Below, in pieces: positions 59,012 through 64,000 of a DNA stretch of 64,000 bases; position 1 is the stretch's first letter; the number at the start of each line of letters is the position of its first letter. Location: assembly GCA_016294075.1 (NCBI GenBank), contig JAEDCQ010000001.1, positions 111,875 to 175,874 of the forward strand, written 5' to 3'. The translations under genes were made by a program, and so were the position numbers. The DNA comes from Lachnospiraceae bacterium (GTDB lineage Bacteria > Bacillota > Clostridia > Lachnospirales > Lachnospiraceae). The notes beneath the pieces are model-generated. The model was given only the letters and a program-made list of their open reading frames with translations. It had not been told where the DNA came from and searched no databases.

Positions 59012-59872
59012 ATGAAAAGAAGAATGGAATTTATTCGCAAAAAGCAGTATACGGCAATGCTTGATATGGAAAAAGACGGTGTAAGATACCTGCAATTTCC
59101 GGCTTTTACAAAGTCAGGAGTTTGCAGGCATTTGTTTTCTACAAGAATAGGCGGCGTCAGTACCGGAGATATCGGAACCATGAATCTGTCTTATTCAAGG
59201 GGAGACTTAAAAGAAAATGTGGATGAGAATTTTCGCAGAATTGCAGGAGTGTTAGGCTGTGATATCAGTGATTTTGTATTGTCACAGCAGACCCATACAA
59301 CAAATGTAAGGCTTGTAACTGTAGCAGATAAGGGCAAAGGTGTTACGTGCGTTCAGGATTACAGGGATGTGGATGGGTTGATTACAAATGAGCCGGGGAT
59401 TGTGTTATCTACATTTTATGCTGATTGTGTTCCACTGTTTTTTGTCGACCCCATAAAGAAGGTAATCGGTCTGTCCCACTCAGGATGGAGGGGAACAGTG
59501 GGAAAAATCGGCAAAGTGACGGTTGAAAAAATGACGGGGCATTATGGGTGTAATCCGGAAGATATTCTTGCGGCGGTCGGACCTTCCATCTGTGCCGACT
59601 GCTATGAAGTCAGCATGGATGTGGCGGATGAATTCAAAAATGCTTTTTTCGAAGCTGAAAACAGGGATAAAATTATTCTTCCGAAATCAGAAAATAAGGC
59701 TATGCTGGATTTATGGCAGGCCAATTTGGCCGTTTTATTACAAGCGGGGATTAGGAAAGAACATATTACGCTGCCGGATATCTGTACGGCATGTAATAAG
59801 GAACTTTTGTTTTCTCATCGTGCAAGCGGTGGAAAACGCGGAAATATGGGAGCATTTCTTGTACTGAATTAA
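59012..59872 (+). CDS. pgeF: YfiH/PgeF family laccase-domain protein (peptidoglycan editing factor / purine nucleoside phosphorylase-like)
   Basis: QTHTTNV, ADCVPLFFVD, HSGWRGT motifs. The ATG at 59012 has AGGAAAGGG upstream. The ORF is open from 58937, overlapping yraN. Confidence 0.85.
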   Translation: MKRRMEFIRKKQYTAMLDMEKDGVRYLQFPAFTKSGVCRHLFSTRIGGVSTGDIGTMNLSYSRGDLKENVDENFRRIAGVLGCDISDFVLSQQTHTTNVRLVTVADKGKGVTCVQDYRDVDGLITNEPGIVLSTFYADCVPLFFVDPIKKVIGLSHSGWRGTVGKIGKVTVEKMTGHYGCNPEDILAAVGPSICADCYEVSMDVADEFKNAFFEAENRDKIILPKSENKAMLDLWQANLAVLLQAGIRKEHITLPDICTACNKELLFSHRASGGKRGNMGAFLVLN

Positions 59873-59946
59873 GAATATTTTAATAATTTGCAACTTTTGA
59901 CTTAATAAAAATATGTTTTACTAAATATTGAAAAGGGAGATAACGT

Positions 59947-60639
59947 ATGACAAACATTTTAGTATGTGATGATGACAAAGAAATAGTGGATGCCATAGAA
60001 ATATACCTGATGCAGGAAGGTTATGGGATTGTTAAGGCTTATAACGGGGAAGAAGCTATTGAACAGTTAAAGAAAAATGATATCAAACTGATGATAATAG
60101 ATATCATGATGCCAAAGCTGGACGGTATACGTGCAACCATGAGAATACGTGAATACAGCAGCATACCGATTCTGTTCTTATCGGCAAAATCGGAGGACTC
60201 CGATAAAATACTCGGATTGAATATCGGTGCGGATGATTATATTACAAAACCGTTTAATCCATTGGAACTGATTGCAAGGGTTAAAAGCCATCTGAGGCGT
60301 TATACGAAACTGGGTAATGAAGTAGAGAATGATGATAATATCTACAAAGCAGGCGGACTATTGATTAATGATGAGACAAAAGAGGTTACTGTGGAAGGAG
60401 AGTCCGTTAAGCTTACCCCAATCGAATATAATATTCTGCTGCTTCTTGTAAAAAATCAGGGCAGGGTTTTCTCCATTGACCAGATATATGAAAATATCTG
60501 GGAAGAAGAAGCTATAGGTGCTGATAATACGGTTGCGGTACATATCAGACACATCCGTGAAAAGATTGAAATCAACCCAAAGGAGCCGAGGTATTTAAAG
60601 GTTGTCTGGGGCGTGGGCTATAAAATAGAAAAACAATAG
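59947..60639 (+). CDS. OmpR-family response regulator
   Basis: REC (ILVCDDD...DIMMPKLDG...LSAK) plus a winged helix (LTPIEYNILLLL...VWGVGYK). Confidence 0.93.
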   Translation: MTNILVCDDDKEIVDAIEIYLMQEGYGIVKAYNGEEAIEQLKKNDIKLMIIDIMMPKLDGIRATMRIREYSSIPILFLSAKSEDSDKILGLNIGADDYITKPFNPLELIARVKSHLRRYTKLGNEVENDDNIYKAGGLLINDETKEVTVEGESVKLTPIEYNILLLLVKNQGRVFSIDQIYENIWEEEAIGADNTVAVHIRHIREKIEINPKEPRYLKVVWGVGYKIEKQ

Positions 60640-60679
60640 GCAGGTTTGGCTGTGCCTGATAAGAAAGGAAATTATCGGA

Positions 60680-63013
60680 ATGAAGGCTAAAACGGGAAGA
60701 GGATTCAGAGAAATTGTAATATGGGTAAACCGGATTACCGCGGTAGTGACGGCAGTATGTCTTCTGCTCTTATTTGTGTCTTCCGTAATTACGGTACATG
60801 GAAATAAAAAAACATATTTATATCAAAAAACACCTGTTGAACGAAATAATACGGCATTTGAGGATTCATCACTTTTCTCTGATATTTTACAGGATCAGAT
60901 TGCCGATATTACAAGAATGTGCGTTATCCGTAATCAATTAGAGACAAACGGAAGCTATGACGGTAAAAAGATTATCGATATTTCTTCTTTTGCAAACAGA
61001 GATGATATTCCTGCAGAAAAAAATGTTACGGCACAGTATTATCTGGATGATTTGATTAAATGGGGTAATTACGGCTTTGATTACGAAACAAAGGGTAATC
61101 GAAGTGAATTGTTTAACCGGTATAAAACGATTGAGGGAAAGGAACTTAAGGACTATGCAACGACGGATGAAGAATATAAGACGCTAGTTACAAATCTTCA
61201 AACTACGGCATCCGAGCTTTTCCAGAATTATACGGAATATACAAAATACCTGAAAAAATATGCGGCCGGGCAGACAAATATTGTTTTCTGTTATGGCTTT
61301 AAAAATGATGATACTATATCTTATTATTCCAATCTGGATAAAAATCCGGTGGGGATGTCTGCAGATGATATTACAGCAATGTTTGCAAAATACAAGCGCT
61401 TTATTGCTTACAATCCGGATAAGATGCAGATTAGCACCAATACTTCGTTGAATGCACAGAATATGCGTAATATTCTAATGCAGTATGAATATTCGTTTCA
61501 GGATGATTCCCGAATCTGGATAGGAATACCGGATGCATACGGACAATATGGAAATGATGATATTTTAAGTGAAGCATACAAATTATATTCGGAACCGGAG
61601 CCGTATTTTCTTCTGTGGCTTTTTACAGCGGCAGTGTCGGCTGTATTATTTGTAATATCATTTTTGGCAATGACAAAAATAGAAACTGTTGTTATTTTTG
61701 AAGGCAGAAGAGCATCACGTATGGAAAAAAGCGGAAGAATATGGCTGGAGGTTTATCTGCTGTTTTGGATTCTGGCTATTGTGGGTTTTGTTTACATTTT
61801 ATCCGAGCTTTGGCAGAATCTGAACCGGAGTGTCGAAAACGTGTATATGGCAGCAGTGGCTCTGGGTGTAACGGTATTCCTGTTTCATATTATTTTTTCA
61901 CAATTGTACCTGTGTGGCATACGAAAAATAAGAGGAGGAAATCTGTTTAAAAATTCCCTTTTTTACGCTTTGGTAAAAAAACTGAAGGCCGGATTTGTGG
62001 AGACATATGACAATGGTTCCCTCGTCAGCAGAACGTGGCTTCCCTATCTGTTATTCCTGTGTCTGAATCTTGTTTTGGTGCTTTGGGATTTAAAGGGAAT
62101 TGTGATAGCTTTTATATTTGATATGGCAATTGGTTCATGGCTGTATGTAAATACAAAAGAACGCGAGAAAATTGTACAGGGGATTGAGAAGATAAAAAGC
62201 GGAGACTTTACCTATAAAGTGCCGGTGGAGCATCTGCACGGAGATAATCTGATTCTTGCCAAATCGGTAAACAGTATCGGAGCATCTATTCATAAGGCAG
62301 TGGAAACAAGCATGAAGGATGAGAAAATGAAAGCTGACCTGATTACAAATGTTTCCCATGATATTAAGACACCGCTTACTTCGATTATTAATTATGTGGA
62401 TTTGATTAAACGTGAAAATATTAAGGATGAAAAAATCAGAAATTATGTTCAGGTTCTGGATACGAAATCCCAGCGTTTAAAGCAATTGACGGATGATTTG
62501 GTCGAGGTGTCAAAAATAACCTCCGGGAACATTTCGCTTCAGTTTGACAGAATTAATTTTGTGGAATTTATTAATCAGGTATTTGGAGAATTTGCAGAAA
62601 AATTTGAAGACAGGGAATTAACGGTTTTTAAAAATCTTCCTTCAAATCCGGTTTACGTTAAAGTGGACAGCCGACACATTTTCCGTGTAATTGAGAATTT
62701 ATATAATAATATCAGTAAATATGCCATGGAGGGAACGAGGGTATATTTAACGATGGAAGAGTTTTATGATGAAGCAATGTCTAAGAAAAGAGTTTCCTTT
62801 GCTGTAAAAAATATATCGGCACAGCCTTTAAATGTCAGTGCAGAGGAATTGATGGAGCGATTTGTACAGGGTGACGAATCAAGAAAAAGTGAAGGAAGCG
62901 GATTGGGTCTCTCCATTGCCAAAAATCTTACCAGGTCTATGGAAGGTGACTTTGAACTGCAATTAGACGGGGATTTATTTAAGGTAATCTTAACATTTGA
63001 TGTGATGGATTAA
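60680..63013 (+). CDS. sensor histidine kinase with ~270-aa extracytoplasmic domain and multi-pass membrane module
   Basis: H-box ITNVSHDIKTPLTSI; N-box ENLYNNISKYA; G-box GSGLGLSIAKNL. One N-terminal TM, a large loop, then about five TM segments. Confidence 0.9.
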   Translation: MKAKTGRGFREIVIWVNRITAVVTAVCLLLLFVSSVITVHGNKKTYLYQKTPVERNNTAFEDSSLFSDILQDQIADITRMCVIRNQLETNGSYDGKKIIDISSFANRDDIPAEKNVTAQYYLDDLIKWGNYGFDYETKGNRSELFNRYKTIEGKELKDYATTDEEYKTLVTNLQTTASELFQNYTEYTKYLKKYAAGQTNIVFCYGFKNDDTISYYSNLDKNPVGMSADDITAMFAKYKRFIAYNPDKMQISTNTSLNAQNMRNILMQYEYSFQDDSRIWIGIPDAYGQYGNDDILSEAYKLYSEPEPYFLLWLFTAAVSAVLFVISFLAMTKIETVVIFEGRRASRMEKSGRIWLEVYLLFWILAIVGFVYILSELWQNLNRSVENVYMAAVALGVTVFLFHIIFSQLYLCGIRKIRGGNLFKNSLFYALVKKLKAGFVETYDNGSLVSRTWLPYLLFLCLNLVLVLWDLKGIVIAFIFDMAIGSWLYVNTKEREKIVQGIEKIKSGDFTYKVPVEHLHGDNLILAKSVNSIGASIHKAVETSMKDEKMKADLITNVSHDIKTPLTSIINYVDLIKRENIKDEKIRNYVQVLDTKSQRLKQLTDDLVEVSKITSGNISLQFDRINFVEFINQVFGEFAEKFEDRELTVFKNLPSNPVYVKVDSRHIFRVIENLYNNISKYAMEGTRVYLTMEEFYDEAMSKKRVSFAVKNISAQPLNVSAEELMERFVQGDESRKSEGSGLGLSIAKNLTRSMEGDFELQLDGDLFKVILTFDVMD

Positions 63014-63071
63014 ATAATGAATTCCGTACGTTTAACAAAATAATTTTACGGAAATAATTTTAACAAATAAA

Positions 63072-63110
63072 ATAGAAAAGGGACATTACAAATGTCTTTT
63101 TTCTATTTTT
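63072..63110 (+). terminator. Rho-independent terminator after the kinase gene
   Basis: ATAGAAAAGGGACAT-TACAA-ATGTCTTTTTTCTAT followed by a T-run. Confidence 0.7.
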
Positions 63111-63161
63111 ATTTGTCTTAACAGGAAAAGTCTAGTAAAATGGTATTCGGAGGCATTTGCT

Positions 63162-64000
63162 ATGAAAATGAAGGAGCATATTATTAAAAAGATAATCCCG
63201 GGAAGCATTGCGGAAGAGCTGGAGATTGAGCCGGGTGATGTTTTGTTACAGATAAATGAACACGAAATTGAGGATATATTTGATTATCAGTATTTTTGTG
63301 AGGATGTTTCTCTTGTTATTTCAATCAGGAAACCAAACGGTGAGGAATGGGATTTAGAAATTGAAAAGGATGAGGATGAGGATTTGGGAATCATTTTTGA
63401 AAACGGCCTGATGGATGATTACCGTTCCTGCTCCAATAAATGTATTTTCTGTTTTATTGACCAGATGCCGAAGGGAATGCGTGAAACACTGTACTTTAAG
63501 GATGATGATGCCAGACTGTCTTTTTTACAGGGGAATTATATTACATTGACCAATATGTCGGATAGAGATGTTGATAAGGTGATACAATATCATTTATCAC
63601 CGATTAATATTTCGTTTCAGACAACAAATCCCGAACTGCGATGTAAGATGCTGAACAACCGTTTTGCGGGAGATGCTTTAAAAAAAGTGAAGTGTTTTTA
63701 TGATGCAGGCATTGAGATGAACGGACAGATTGTTCTTTGTAAGGGCGTGAATGACAAAGAGGAATTGGATCGTACTCTGCATGATTTATATGGATATCTG
63801 CCACATTTAAGAAGTGTTTCCATTGTTCCGGTTGGTCTTTCCAAATACAGAGACGGGTTGTTTCCGTTAGAACCGTTTGAAAAAAATGATGCGCTTGCTC
63901 TTATTGATACGGTTGAACGCTGGCAGGAAAAGGCAATGGCGGAGTTTGACCTGCATTTTGTACATGCTTCTGATGAGTGGTATATACTTGCAGAAAAGCA
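63162..64000 (+). CDS. DUF512 family protein (PDZ-like N-terminus + radical-SAM-like core), 3' end cut by window edge
   Basis: The frame is open to the window end, so it is not in the ORF track. PGSIAEELEIEPGDVLLQIN (PDZ-like), CSNKCIFCF, LSFLQGNYITLTN. GGAGG RBS. Confidence 0.8.
   Translation, partial: MKMKEHIIKKIIPGSIAEELEIEPGDVLLQINEHEIEDIFDYQYFCEDVSLVISIRKPNGEEWDLEIEKDEDEDLGIIFENGLMDDYRSCSNKCIFCFIDQMPKGMRETLYFKDDDARLSFLQGNYITLTNMSDRDVDKVIQYHLSPINISFQTTNPELRCKMLNNRFAGDALKKVKCFYDAGIEMNGQIVLCKGVNDKEELDRTLHDLYGYLPHLRSVSIVPVGLSKYRDGLFPLEPFEKNDALALIDTVERWQEKAMAEFDLHFVHASDEWYILAEK

Overview
This 64 kb window looks like a core chromosomal segment of a low-GC Firmicute, probably Clostridia and Lachnospiraceae-like by gene order and protein signatures. 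That taxonomic call is inference only.

Almost every gene is on the + strand, in dense housekeeping operons:
- maf, mscL
- a YbiT-like ABC-F ATPase, a PHP phosphoesterase and a HAD hydrolase
- CIRCE-controlled groES-groEL
- a heterodimeric ABC exporter
- relA, an MBL hydrolase, hemZ
- hisS-aspS
- ptsI, polA-coaE
- pta, then yceD-rpmF-plsX-acpP-rnc-smc-ftsY-ilvA
- ylxM-ffh-rpsP-KH-rimM-trmD-rplS-lepB-rbgA-lepB-rnhB
- a FliK-like/FlhB-C-like pair, yraN, pgeF
- an OmpR-type two-component system and a 3'-truncated DUF512 gene

I found no rRNA, tRNA, CRISPR array, transposase, integrase, prophage or recognisable defence genes.

The non-routine content is:
1. A decayed beta-glucan utilisation locus at about 1.3-3.0 kb (GH16, GH94 and AraC remnants), next to a degenerate GGDEF protein and an orphan hybrid histidine kinase.
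2. A 660-bp non-coding region with a family of hairpin repeats, followed by a promoter and a 35-codon uORF that overlaps the start codon of an asymmetric heterodimeric ABC exporter.
3. A 703-aa FtsA-like actin-fold ATPase carrying C-terminal ThiS-like modules.
4. A FliK-C-like plus FlhB-C-like gene pair embedded in a housekeeping operon.
5. A PTS enzyme I gene translationally coupled to an orphan zf-HC2 anti-sigma-like membrane protein.

All family assignments come from motif recognition by eye. No searches were run. Hand-counted coordinates of small sites may be off by 1-2 nt.
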